Below, in pieces: positions 1 through 10,331 of a stretch of DNA of 64,000 bases. The notes under the pieces are model-generated. The model had not been told where the DNA came from, made no database searches, and saw nothing but the letters and a program-made list of their open reading frames with translations. A program made the translations under genes and the position numbers. Every line of letters starts with the position of its first letter. Within the stretch, counting starts at the first letter, position 1. Source of the stretch: Rhizaria sp. SCN 62-66 (taxonomy: Eukaryota); the NCBI GenBank assembly GCA_001724265.1, contig MEDY01000027.1:62001-126000 (forward strand), in the 5' to 3' direction.

Positions 1-3000
1 CGCCTGAACATGCCTCCCGGTGGACACGCCAACGCAGCCGCCAGTGCAGCTGCCGCCTTTGCCTACTCTCAGGGTGCGGTTGCAGCGCGCGACGCAGCGG
101 CGCAGCGCCCCGCTGCGCTCCCTGGTGCGACTGGCACGGCGCTTGCGGTTGGCGGCGGGGCCTCTATGGCCGCGCGCGGGTTGAGTGTGAACCCCGCGCA
201 CAACGAAGGCGACGGGGCAGGTAGCGACAGCGACTCCATGGGTCCCGGCGCACTGCCGGTTCGCGTAGTGCATGTCGCGGGCGAGCATGGCCGCGTGGCG
301 GGCTACGTCGCAAAGGCTAACCACTACGCTGCACTTGCCACGCCGACTGCAGCCTCCGCGGGTACGGCGGCTGCTGCGGCGGCTGCGGCAGCTGCGACTG
401 CCGCGGTCGTTGCTGGCCATCAGAACGCTGCTTCTCGTCGCGTCAGTGGCGCAACCTCAACTGGTGCGGACGAGGCCAAGACAGACGGTGTTGCTGCTGC
501 TCGCCGCAGTGGACGTTCGCTTGTGCCCGCGGCTCCGTCGACAACGGTGGTGGTTTCCACTGGAACTGCGGCACCTACAGTGAACCCCTGGGCTCCTGTG
601 CGCACGGGGCTGACGACGTGGGTGGGCTGGCCCGAGCCCGGCTTCTCCCTGCCCGTGGGCCACAGCATCGACGTGCCCGTGGAGCTCGCGCCGGAGCAGG
701 AGGCGGCGTATGCGGGCCGCGTCATGATTGAGGCGGCGCTCTTCTCCACCTCGGTCGATCTCGCGGGTGTGGGCAAGGAGTCTCTGCTGCTGTGTGAGCC
801 CCCCGTGCTGGACTTCAGCGAGTGCCGTGTTGGCGGCCGCTACACTGCGCAGCTCACACTTGTCAATCTCGGCGATGCTGAGTATTCCGTGCGTGTGCTA
901 CGTGACGATGACGCGCATCTTGTGGCACTTCGTAACCCTGACGGAACGCTTATCTACGCTCCCGCCAAGGATGTCCCTGGAGCATCGGCTGCACTAACGC
1001 CTGCCACACTCACGGTCACGCCTGAGCTTGTGCACTTATCACCGTTTGAAAAGGCGAAGGTTACAGTAACATTCACGCCGCGTGCGCCTGTGACGTGCCT
1101 AACGGCGTTGCTGCTCTCATCGACATACTCGGCTGCACCTGTCTCGATTGCGCTTGACGCAGGCACTGTCGAGCTGGCGCTGCGGCCTGAGACGTTAGAC
1201 TTAGGGCTAGTGCAGGCACACGCCCGCGTCGCCTCTGCAATCACTCTCGAGAATCGCGGTTCGCTTACACTGCGCTACCGCATCCGCCCGCTTGCCTCGC
1301 CCGCGCAGTATCAGCGTCTTGCCGCCGCGGCTGCCTCGGCGGCCGGCCATGGCGCTGCCACTGCGGCTGCAGGCGGAGGCGTGAGTGCTGCCGCAGGCGC
1401 CGCGCTGGTGCCGTGGGTGCCCGCATCCGTTGCCGGTGGCGATTTTGCGCTTGATGACTCAGCCGCAGCGGCGCTGGCGCTGAGCCTGCCCTTCTCGCTC
1501 TCGCGGTGGACTGGTACCATTCCCGCACGTGGAACGGCAACAATTGCGCTCAAGGGTCGTTTTGCAGACACGGGTGCTATGCTGCAGCGGCTCTCGGTTG
1601 AGACGCTCGGTGTCGGTGCCGCCGCCGCTGTGAGCGCAGGTGACGTACCTGACGTCAAAACACTTGTGGTCAGGGCGCATGCGGAGGAGCCGAGCCTTGC
1701 GGCCGCGCGTTTGCGCCCCGTGGCCTTTGGTACGTGCCTCATCGGCGAGGAGGCCACGCGCACCGTAATGCTGGAGAACACTGGTGGCTTCCCTCTCGAA
1801 GTCGAAGTCAAGCCCGCGTACCCGTTGCGTGCGAGTGCGGAGCGCCTGACTGTGCCGCCGCACGCACAGGCCCCGCTGCAGGTGCACTGGACGCCCTCCA
1901 CCAAGCAGGAAGTAAAATCTCTTCTGCGGCTCCACACAAACATCATTGCTCCTGAGTCACTTGCGCTGCTTCAGCTGGCGGGCCCCACTGCCAGTGCTGT
2001 TAACGGTTTTATTGTCCACAGTGTACAGTGCACGGGCCGTGGTACGTATCCCGTCTTCTCGCTGTCGGCGCCTCACCTCGACTTCGGTGTCTGTGCGCTG
2101 CGCAAGACGTACACCAAGGAGCTGGTAGTGCGCAACGTGGGCCGCGTCGTGATGGACTGGCAGCTGCAGCTCCGCGCCGCGCCCGCGCTCCAGGCCGCGC
2201 TTGCGCCGCCTGCTGTGGACGTGCTGACTGTGGCAGCCCCCCCTGTTTCAACATCGCCTTCGTCATCGGTTGCCGACAATGCTGTCGCTCCTGCTACTCC
2301 GAGTGGCGGTGCGAAGACACCCGCGAAGCCGCGAGGCGCGCGGCCGCCTGTAGCTGCAGCCGCAGGTGCGGCGCCCAACTCGGCGCGCAAATTGACGCGT
2401 GCGCCAGCAGCTGCTGTCTCTGCTGGTGCTGTCTCCGCCGGGACTGAACCCTCATTCAGCATGTTCCCGGCCGCCGGACAGCTGCAGCCGGGCGAGGCGT
2501 GCGTGGTGGCTGTACGTTTTACCCCGCAACGCGCAGGCTCTTGTGCCGACACGATTGCGCTTGTCACTCGCGGCCACGGCGCCGAAATTGGCATCACTGG
2601 CTCGTGTGGTGCTGTGAAGCTTAAGCTGCCCGCGATGATTGCTCTTACCCCCGCACCTTCGCCATTGCTTCCCGCGCCTGCACTGGGTGCAGCAGCTGTG
2701 CCAGCAGGCCAGTGGACGCCCTTCATGGTGCCGATGCGCAACACTGGCCAGGTCCCCCTCACGGTCACGCTCAGTCTTGCCGCGGAACAGGGTGGCGCAG
2801 CGCCCGCCGCACGCGGTGCTGACGAAACGCCGCTGCAAACGCAGTGGGGCAGTGACGTGCATGGCGTGGCTTCGGCTCTCTCCTTCTCGCCCACTGCCGT
2901 TACTGGTCCGTGGCAGCTGCGTCCCTCAGCGCCCGCTGCGCTCGCGCTCGCGCCGACGCTGCCTGCGCTGCGCAACAGCGCGCTCGCCGCGTCTGCGCTT

Positions 3001-5790
3001 GCCACAACCGCAGCCGCCGCCGACCAGGCCGCCGCCAGCGCCTTGCTGGGGCTTGGCCCCGCTGCGGGTGGGCTCAACAACCACGCCACCCTGCTCGCGC
3101 TTGCGGGCGCCGCCACCTCTGTCTCTCTGCCTCCCGTCACGGGTGCCACCGCGTCGCAGCAGCATCAGCAGCAGCATCCTGTGTACGAGCTGGCGTGGGC
3201 CACTGACTCGCCCGATGCTGCGGCTGCGCTCTCCGCCAAGCATAGCGACGCAGAGGGCCGCTCATGGGCCGCTCTCTGGGCGCCGTCGCACGGCCAGGGC
3301 TCGCTCCTGCAGCCGCTGCCAGTGCGCGCTGATGGCGCTGCCCGCAGCACCGACGGCGGGTCCTTTGCGGCCGCGCGCGTGGGTCTGTGGGTCGAGCTCG
3401 AGGCGCGCACGGTCACGGTGCCCGCGGGCGCGACGGTGATGCTGCAGGGCGCGCTGTTCCCGTCGCCGCTGATGCGCGGGCCCTTCACGCTTTCGCTGCA
3501 CGCCCGCTGCCCCGAGCTGGCTGTCGTTACTACGCTCTGTGGCCGCGCGGACTCGCTGCAGCTGTCGCCGCTCGCGCTCGCGCTCTGCGCCGCCGACTCG
3601 TGGCGCATGGCCGTGCTGCTCGCCGCGCCGGCGCCGCTCTCGGGCGTCTTGACTGCCGCCATGGCGCCGCTGCTCATGCCCCCTGCGCCCACCCCCGTGG
3701 CGAACGACGACGAGGAAGAGCTCTTTGCAACCGTGGGCGCTGTACTTGACGGGCTCGTCACTGCGGTCGACACCGTCACTTCGCTTGCGCACGCCGGCAC
3801 GCTGCCCTGTGCAGGGCTCGAACTCGCACTCCCGACTGGCGCCAATGAAGGCAGTGTGGGCGCCGTCGCTCTTGCGCTGCCGCCGGGCCCCTCCACCACG
3901 GCTGTTGTGCGCGCCCTCGTGGGCGCTCCTGCAACAATGCCTGGGGCTGCGGGCTACACATCTACATTTGCGCTTACTTCTTTGCAGACGCACTCGCGCA
4001 GCTACGGTGACGAGAATGACGATGTCGACGGGACGTTATTCCTGCCGCTACTTCCCGTGGGCGCCGCCGACGCCGTCGCAGCCGCTGCACGCGGGCCGCA
4101 GCCGCTGTCTGCCCTGCAGCAGTGGACGGACCCATTGCTTCCCGCAGGCGTGACCGCGGTCGCTGTGGCCAACGCCAATACCGCGGCCGCCGCGCGCCGC
4201 CGCCTCCGCCGTACACTTGCCGCTGTCGCCGCCGAGCACGCTGCCGGCGCCGACGCTCTCATGGGCCTCGACGCGAGCGCGTCCAGCTCAAGGGCCGACG
4301 CCGAAGTCGCGATGCTGCGTGCGCTGCGCGCGCTGCCGCCCGGGCTGCTCGCGCACGCCTTCACTGTCGCCGACCTACCCGCGCCGGCGTGGGGCGCGCG
4401 CCTCGTGCCCGTGCGCGTGCCGCGCGCGCCCGCGAGCGACTGGCGGCGCCCGCTGGCCGACTACTGCTTAATGCTGGCCGCCGGCGCGCACTCCGCGGCG
4501 GGCGCGCACAACGTGGCGTGGCGCTTCAGCGCCGAGGCGCGCGTGGCGGCCGCACTGGCGACCGCGGCGGCTCTGCTGGCGCCCGTGCGCGGACACAGTG
4601 GCGCGGCCTCCGCGCCCGTGGCCGCGGTCTGGGGCTCCGCCTTCGAGGCTGTCGCCTCGCCGTTCCACGCCGCCGCGCTCGCGCCGCGCGTTTCCGCCGC
4701 GCTCGCCGGACCTGCTTGCGTCACGGGGGCTGGTCCGCTGCCGCCCCCGCCGCTGCTCGCGCTGGCTGCGCTCGCGCTCACCGCAGCGCGCCTGCCTGCT
4801 GACGGCGACTCGTTCGAGTCTGTTGGCCCCCGCCCGTCGTCCTCCGTGCCGTCGCGCGCGGGCCCGCTGGCCGTGGCGGGAGCGACCGTGGGCGCAGACG
4901 TCGTCGACGCGCTGCGCCGCACGCTCGCACCGCTGCCGAGCCGCCCGCGCCCCGCGCTCGCATACATGCGCGAGCCCGACGCGAGCGCGCCTTCCGCGGC
5001 GCTGCCCGTCGCGGCCGCCGGGGCGAGCTCGCGCGCGCGGGCCGCCGCCACCGCTGCTGCCGCGGCCGCGCTGGGCCGGTCCCCACAATGGCAGGCCATC
5101 AAGGCGCGCTTCCTCGCGCCCGCTGCCGCCGCGGTGGCCGCGGGGCTGAGTGGGGCCGCCGCCGCGCGCGTCGCCACCGCACACGCGCACTGGGTCGGCG
5201 TCACCGGCGTGCTCCCCGAGCCCGCTGTGAGCGTGTGCACCCAGTCCCCGAGTGCAGTTGCTGCTGCTAGCGCGCCGGCGACGGTGCGCACCGCGATGCC
5301 GGGCGCTGTGGCGGCGCTGTTGGCGGTTGTTGACCCCGCCGTGACGGCCTCGCTTGCGGGCGCCGTGGTCCTTGATCCCGACAACGCGGGCGCGGACGTG
5401 GACGCGAACAGCCTGGACATGGACATCAACCAGGCTGTGGCGGCCGCCAAGGCCGCAGCGGACGGCGCGGGCGGCGGCGCGACCGTGCGCGGGCATCTGG
5501 CGGAGCTGACGGTGCTCGCGGCCGTGGAGCCGAGCGCGGCGGCGGCGGGCGCGGCGCTGTGGGCGAGCGTGTCGCGGCACGACGAACACATCGTGTGCGA
5601 CCGTGTCGTGCTAGCGGGCGCGGAGCCGCTGGGCGACATTGTTGCCGCCGACGCCGCGGCGCTTGCCAAGGCTACTGCGCGCAAGCAGCCCGGGACGGGG
5701 AGAGCCGGCCGCAAGGCTCTTCGCAGGCTGCTGGCCGCCGCGCCGGCGATCCTCGAGCCCGTTGACTTAAGCGACCCGAACGACTGGTGA
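1..5790 (+). CDS. Large protein with tandem ASH (ASPM-SPD2-Hydin)/Ig-like domains, HYDIN/CFAP47/CFAP65-like ciliary type; probably 5'-truncated by the window
   Basis: Frame is open from base 1 to TGA at 5788-5790, followed by an abrupt switch to AT-rich sequence. Repeated ASH-type starts: LDFSECRVG..LTLVNLG, LDLGLV..ITLENRG, VAFGTCLIG..VMLENTG, LDFGVC..LVVRNVG, and FSMFPAAGQLQPGEACVVAVRFTP. The exact orthologue cannot be assigned. Confidence 0.75.
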   Translation, partial: RLNMPPGGHANAAASAAAAFAYSQGAVAARDAAAQRPAALPGATGTALAVGGGASMAARGLSVNPAHNEGDGAGSDSDSMGPGALPVRVVHVAGEHGRVAGYVAKANHYAALATPTAASAGTAAAAAAAAAATAAVVAGHQNAASRRVSGATSTGADEAKTDGVAAARRSGRSLVPAAPSTTVVVSTGTAAPTVNPWAPVRTGLTTWVGWPEPGFSLPVGHSIDVPVELAPEQEAAYAGRVMIEAALFSTSVDLAGVGKESLLLCEPPVLDFSECRVGGRYTAQLTLVNLGDAEYSVRVLRDDDAHLVALRNPDGTLIYAPAKDVPGASAALTPATLTVTPELVHLSPFEKAKVTVTFTPRAPVTCLTALLLSSTYSAAPVSIALDAGTVELALRPETLDLGLVQAHARVASAITLENRGSLTLRYRIRPLASPAQYQRLAAAAASAAGHGAATAAAGGGVSAAAGAALVPWVPASVAGGDFALDDSAAAALALSLPFSLSRWTGTIPARGTATIALKGRFADTGAMLQRLSVETLGVGAAAAVSAGDVPDVKTLVVRAHAEEPSLAAARLRPVAFGTCLIGEEATRTVMLENTGGFPLEVEVKPAYPLRASAERLTVPPHAQAPLQVHWTPSTKQEVKSLLRLHTNIIAPESLALLQLAGPTASAVNGFIVHSVQCTGRGTYPVFSLSAPHLDFGVCALRKTYTKELVVRNVGRVVMDWQLQLRAAPALQAALAPPAVDVLTVAAPPVSTSPSSSVADNAVAPATPSGGAKTPAKPRGARPPVAAAAGAAPNSARKLTRAPAAAVSAGAVSAGTEPSFSMFPAAGQLQPGEACVVAVRFTPQRAGSCADTIALVTRGHGAEIGITGSCGAVKLKLPAMIALTPAPSPLLPAPALGAAAVPAGQWTPFMVPMRNTGQVPLTVTLSLAAEQGGAAPAARGADETPLQTQWGSDVHGVASALSFSPTAVTGPWQLRPSAPAALALAPTLPALRNSALAASALATTAAAADQAAASALLGLGPAAGGLNNHATLLALAGAATSVSLPPVTGATASQQHQQQHPVYELAWATDSPDAAAALSAKHSDAEGRSWAALWAPSHGQGSLLQPLPVRADGAARSTDGGSFAAARVGLWVELEARTVTVPAGATVMLQGALFPSPLMRGPFTLSLHARCPELAVVTTLCGRADSLQLSPLALALCAADSWRMAVLLAAPAPLSGVLTAAMAPLLMPPAPTPVANDDEEELFATVGAVLDGLVTAVDTVTSLAHAGTLPCAGLELALPTGANEGSVGAVALALPPGPSTTAVVRALVGAPATMPGAAGYTSTFALTSLQTHSRSYGDENDDVDGTLFLPLLPVGAADAVAAAARGPQPLSALQQWTDPLLPAGVTAVAVANANTAAAARRRLRRTLAAVAAEHAAGADALMGLDASASSSRADAEVAMLRALRALPPGLLAHAFTVADLPAPAWGARLVPVRVPRAPASDWRRPLADYCLMLAAGAHSAAGAHNVAWRFSAEARVAAALATAAALLAPVRGHSGAASAPVAAVWGSAFEAVASPFHAAALAPRVSAALAGPACVTGAGPLPPPPLLALAALALTAARLPADGDSFESVGPRPSSSVPSRAGPLAVAGATVGADVVDALRRTLAPLPSRPRPALAYMREPDASAPSAALPVAAAGASSRARAAATAAAAAALGRSPQWQAIKARFLAPAAAAVAAGLSGAAAARVATAHAHWVGVTGVLPEPAVSVCTQSPSAVAAASAPATVRTAMPGAVAALLAVVDPAVTASLAGAVVLDPDNAGADVDANSLDMDINQAVAAAKAAADGAGGGATVRGHLAELTVLAAVEPSAAAAGAALWASVSRHDEHIVCDRVVLAGAEPLGDIVAADAAALAKATARKQPGTGRAGRKALRRLLAAAPAILEPVDLSDPNDW

Positions 5791-5844
5791 ACAAATGTGT
5801 AGATATATTTTATTATATTGACTAAATAACTCGACCTCCTCTTT

Positions 5845-5853
5845 ACCCTAATT
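5845..5853 (+). promoter_or_regulatory. ACCCTAATT telo-box-like motif
   Basis: The same 9-mer recurs at 9994-10002 and 60954-60962 (minus strand), each time upstream of a gene on the same strand. Confidence 0.3.
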
Positions 5854-6116
5854 AATTACATTTGAATACATAGTTTTCTCACATTCATGACTCGACTTGT
5901 CTCCTTGATCTCTGATTGTTTCATTTTATCCGGACAGCTTATGTTACGCTCGAGTTTGTCGTTGCAGTGCTGACGACGTTCGCCGAGTTTAGAAACGTCT
6001 GCCATCGGTTCCTACGACCGTTAACAAGGGTTTTGTTATTACCCCAAATAATTATTTGGTGTACTCCACACGTTTCTTTAATTAAACAGCATAAGTCTCC
6101 AATTCGACTTCATACA

Positions 6117-6683
6117 ATGTCTCGCAAGCGTACGTTCCCAACTCCATACCGAAATGCACTTCTCGCTTCGCTCTTCTCCTCGTCCATGCTGCTCACCGAC
6201 TCTGGGTCTGTGTCTTGTTACGTGCCCCTATAGCTCTTCCGTATGCGCCCGCTGTGCGCTTTCCGTTTGACATCTTGGTGACGCACCCGGTGACGAAGCC
6301 GATGCCGCCGCTGTCGGCCATGCTAGGTGGGATCTCTTTCGAACTCAACCCCCGCATCATCGGCCTCTCCTTTCTCGGATGTACGCTCGTCACGAATTAA
6401 TTTACCGCTTTTCATTCACATTGTTGACGGGTGCTTCTTATACTTGACCGGCTTCTATGTTCACTTTTACCTCTTTACTCACTCTCTCATCCTCGCCTAT
6501 TTTTTCTCTGACCCAGGCACCGCGTTTATGATGTACTTCCGCGTGTACAAGGGCTTCTCGCCAGTGAGCGTGGGCGACACGTACGACCGCGCCGTGGAGG
6601 TGGAGAAGCAGTGGCGCGCGGGCCAGCCCATCGACTGGGACCAGATGCCCAAGACCTTCAGCCCCTTCCGCTCGGACGACTGA
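6117..6683 (+). CDS. Small 108-aa single-pass membrane protein of unknown function; exons 6117-6129, 6234-6380, 6517-6683
   Basis: Two GT-AG introns join the pieces with matching phase (1 and 1), giving MSRKPLPYAPAVRFPFDILVTHPVTKPMPPLSAMLGGISFELNPRIIGLSFLGCTAFMMYFRVYKGFSPVSVGDTYDRAVEVEKQWRAGQPIDWDQMPKTFSPFRSDD-TGA. Exon codons are strongly C/G-ending. Confidence 0.8.
6130..6233 (+). other. Spliceosomal intron (104 nt)
   Basis: GTACGT donor, pyrimidine-rich body, TAG acceptor; removal restores the frame. Confidence 0.75.
6381..6516 (+). other. Spliceosomal intron (136 nt)
   Basis: GTACGC donor, T/C-rich body, TTTTTCTCTGACCCAG acceptor; removal restores the frame. Confidence 0.8.
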
Positions 6684-7187
6684 GACAGCGCTGTTCTGAG
6701 CACTGCTCTGATAGCCGCTCTGCAAGTCTGCCAACGCGCCGACGCGTGCCAAACGGCGGCCCTCCGCCGGGCAGTCCCCGTGCGGCGCTGCGCACACGCG
6801 TGCAGTCGCAGGGCATCTCTGTCTCTCGCGGCGCTTGCAGTGCCGCGCTCGGGCCCGTGAACAACCAATGCCCCGAAGTTGTAAGCGAATTGTCGTTGGA
6901 CGACGAGTATTTATGCACATAGACGCTTTATGAGGCAAACCAGCCAAAAATACAGAATTTAATTCATAAATAAATCAAAGAGGTGCGGTCTTTCACGATT
7001 AAAGTTCGTTTTGTATGAAGAATCAGATATACGGCAGACATGAGGGAGTTACTTACAATGCGCAGTTAGTCGTGCGTGGCCGTCGCCAAAGACGGCGCGC
7101 GCTCTGCCTGGCCCCGCGCGGGGGCGGAGCGCGGGGGGCTCGACTCAAAAACGGGACAGGAGCTAACTACTGGCGACAGGCGTGCGC

Positions 7188-7223
7188 CAGCGGCAGCGGC
7201 AGCGGCAGCGGCAGCGACAGCGG
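7188..7223. repeat. (CAGCGG)6 hexamer microsatellite with one variant unit
   Basis: Read directly from the sequence; lies between two convergent genes. Confidence 0.8.
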
Positions 7224-7380
7224 CGGCTGCGGGGGCGCTCGGTGGGGGGCTAGGGAACGAGCGCGCCCATTCATTCAACGACTACAACAAGAACAACAAG
7301 AATGAGAGACAGCTGTTGCTGCTGCAGTCTCATATTCACGGGTTAACGGGTCACATGCGACAGGTTTCACGCGACAACGC

Positions 7381-9615
7381 TCAAGCCATGGGCGACAGGT
7401 CCGGCACACTGCCTGGCGCAGCGCCAGGAGCGGCGGCGGCCGGGGCAGCGGCTGCCGCGGGCACGAAGCCACTCGGCGAGCCCATCGCGTGGCCCTGACC
7501 CTGCACCTGCGCCTGCACGCGCGCGGAGCCAGGGTTGCTGTGGCCCTGGCCGTGGTTGTAGACGACTGCGCGCTCGGCCTGTGCGGCCACGGCGGCCTGA
7601 TAGGCCGCCGTCGCTGCCGCGTCGCTGCCCATGCCCGCGGCGCCGGGGCCGGGGCCGGGGCCGTACGGGGGCTGCGCCTGTGTGGAGCGGAAGTCGCCCG
7701 CGCCGCCGCCGCCGTAAATGGTGTCGGGCGGCGGCGGCGTGGGGGACGACTGCACGCCCTGCGACTGCGAGGGCATCTGCTGCAGCTGCTGCGCCTACAC
7801 CTGCTGCGGCTGCGGCTGTGCCTGCACCGCGGCGGGCTGCGGGCGCGGCGGGAGCGCCGACTGCGGCGGGAGCTGCGCGTAGGGCGCAGCCGCGGGGCCG
7901 GGACCGGCGGGCGCGGCAGGCGGCGCAGCGGCCAGGTTCGCAGACACGCTGAACCCACGCGTCGGCGACGACACGAACCCGTGGTTGTTGCCGCCGCTGC
8001 CGCCGCTGCCGCCGCTGGCGGGGCGCTGCGGCGACTGCGGGCCCGCGGCGGCCGCGAACGCGCTGGGCCCAACCGAGTAGGCGCGCGGAGGCATACCGCC
8101 CGGCGCGCCGCCGCCGTAGCCAGGCACGGCGTACGAGACCTGGGGCGCGGCGCCCGGCGCGCCCGCCGGGGCGCCGTGCGCGAGCACGGGCCGCGGCGTG
8201 ATGGGCTGCGGCGGTGGCACGGCCCCGCGGCCCGCGGCGACCATCTGCGCGTGGATCGACTGGAACTCGGCGTCGACGCCGCGCGTGCGCGCGCGCTCGG
8301 CGTCGCGCGCGCGCTCGATCTGGTCCGCACGCACGTCCAGGCAGTGCTTCTTGGCCTCGTGCGCTGCCGTCTGCGCCAGCTCCACCGCGGCCGCGAGCTT
8401 TCCGCTGGGCGTGTAGTGGTTCTTGATGATGGTCTCGGTGGTGCCCGCCAGCGCGGCGCGGGGGAAGCCCATCTTCTGCGACTCCTGCAACATCGTCGTC
8501 AGCGTCTCGGGCGTGTGCTTGAGCGCGACCTGCTGCAGCGTCTTGAGCGTCTTCATCAGCACGCCCGGCGGCGGTGCGGGGTAACGCGCGAGCAGGAACG
8601 GCATGTTCTTGAACCACACGTACTTAGGCTGGCGCTCCAGCGGGTGCACCGCCGCGGGCTCCGGCTTCGAGGGCACGAACACGGGCGCGGGCGCGGGCGC
8701 GGGGCGGCCCGAGAGCTCGCGGATAATGCGGTCCGCCTCGAGCGTGACGTGGAGCTTGATCTGCGCGACGGCGTCGCCGGTGACGCCCTCGACGTTGAGC
8801 TCCAGGTCTGCCATGCGCTGCAGCTCCTTGAGGCTCGTGCTGTCGATCTGCGCGCGGATCGCGGCCAGCTCCTTCATCAGCGGGCCCATGTCCGCCTGTT
8901 GCTGCCCGCGGTGGCGCCGCTGCACGTGGCGCTCGAGGAATTCCGGCGAGGAGAAGGCGGCGTTGCACTCGCCGCAGCGGTGCGCCTGCTGCGCCTTGCC
9001 GCGGCGCAGCTCCTCCAGCTCCTTGCGCAGCTTCGCGTTGCGGTGCTGGTGCGCATCGATCCACTCCTTCTGGCTGCGGATCGTGTCCATGAGCTGCGTC
9101 TGCACGTGCAGCTGGTATTCCATCGTGAGCTGCATCAAGCGGAAGAGCTGCACCACGTTGGCCGGCTCAGTGAACATCGGGAAGTCCGCCTCGTTGATGT
9201 CCGCGAAGCAGATGTTGTCGAAGTTGCGCTGCAACGCCGCGCCGTCGCGGTACTCCACTACGCGCTCCAGGTCCACGTTGTTGACGCTGCCCCAGTCTGT
9301 GGTGGGTGCAGGTGTGCGCAAGCGTGGAGTTCGAAAATGAAGCGGACGGGTTTGTATGGCACGCGAGAGTCGGGAAAATGATGGCAGGACAGTCATAAAG
9401 AAGAAGGGTGAATGCATATGGGTGAGATAGAGTCGCATAACGGAAGAGTGCATAAGATAGTTGAAAATGAGCCAGCTTAAAGCATATACAGGTTGTAGAA
9501 CGAGGACTGTAAAGAGAAGGGGATGTCGAGCAGACGTACCAAGAGCGTTTCGACGCACGCTGAAGCTGAAGGGGGGCTCATTGTCGCCCTTTGACGACTT
9601 CCCATGACGTGACAT
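7381..9615 (-). CDS. DZIP1: DZIP1/DZIP1L (iguana)-like basal-body protein, ~663 aa; exons 9615-9540 and 9296-7381; one in-frame TAG at 7795-7797
   Basis: Spliced N-terminus FSFSVRRNALDWGSVNNVDLERVV..DGAALQRNFDNICFADI..VVQLFRLMQLTMEYQLHVQ matches the Dzip-like_N pattern, followed by the C2H2 finger CGECNAAFSSPEFLERHVQRRH. ORFs 7795..9627 and 7381..7776 share a frame and are separated only by a TAG. The 3' extension to 7381 depends on UAG being read as sense. Confidence 0.8.
7795..7797 (-). other. In-frame TAG, candidate sense codon
   Basis: Context is QAQPQPQQV*AQQLQQMPSQSQ; the frame stays open to TGA at 7381-7383. Confidence 0.75.
9297..9539 (-). other. Spliceosomal intron (243 nt, multiple of 3, no in-frame stop)
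   Basis: GTACGT donor and CAG acceptor on the minus strand, AT-richer interior; removal rebuilds the R-x-x-L-D-W segment of the Dzip N domain. Confidence 0.85.
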
Positions 9616-9993
9616 GGTAGAAGCCACCTAAAGATGAGTGTTGTAATTCGCAGAAAGGTTCGAGAAGGTGAGAACAGGCGATGAAACCAAAATAATGGAT
9701 GCCTCGACGAACGAGGTGAGAGTGTTGCGACAATTGCAGCTAGAGGCCATTCGAACGTCAAATTCGTATTTTAAAAATACTCAATATAGTTTCCATAGCG
9801 ACAGTATATATTCAATCTGAAACTCCCCGATAGCCATCTTCTACGACGCATACGCCTTCATTTCAGTCCCGTCCCAACTCGCTCAACGGTCAAAAAGTTT
9901 AGTCGTTTTGGGTCCAAGTCCAAGCACTGTGGCAGTCAAATTTTCAAGTTAAATGTCGTCCAAGATCTCCGTTTCAGTTGATAAAATTCCTAC

Positions 9994-10002
9994 AATTAGG
10001 GT
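9994..10002 (-). promoter_or_regulatory. AAACCCTAATT telo-box-like motif in a divergent intergenic region
   Basis: The plus strand reads AATTAGGGTTT, which includes the full AAACCCTA core on the minus strand. Confidence 0.3.
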
Positions 10003-10331
10003 TTATATACATTGTGAGTAACAGTTTTGCTTTTGACAACCCTTATATCTTCTTTTAGTCTGGATATCTCACCTCTATTCGGACGCGCCCCGACTTCGAC
10101 TGACGTCTAAACGTTACTCTACATTGAGCCACAACCTAACGTAACTTCTTCAAAATAGTGTGTGTTAGATGTATTACACTTTTTGATCCCGAACATATCT
10201 CATCTTCATTGCTTGACACAATGTTTCTATCTCGCAGCCGTGTCTCAAAGACACCGAGTTCCATCGTCACCACACACTCATTCCAGCTTCTCTCGCATGG
10301 CCTCGTAACGCAACCGGCCCCTCACTCAGCG

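Noticed and set aside
7489-9381. 630-aa plus-strand ORF and other overlapping ORFs
   Set aside because: Antisense or off-frame to the DZIP1-like gene; stops are scarce because of high GC.
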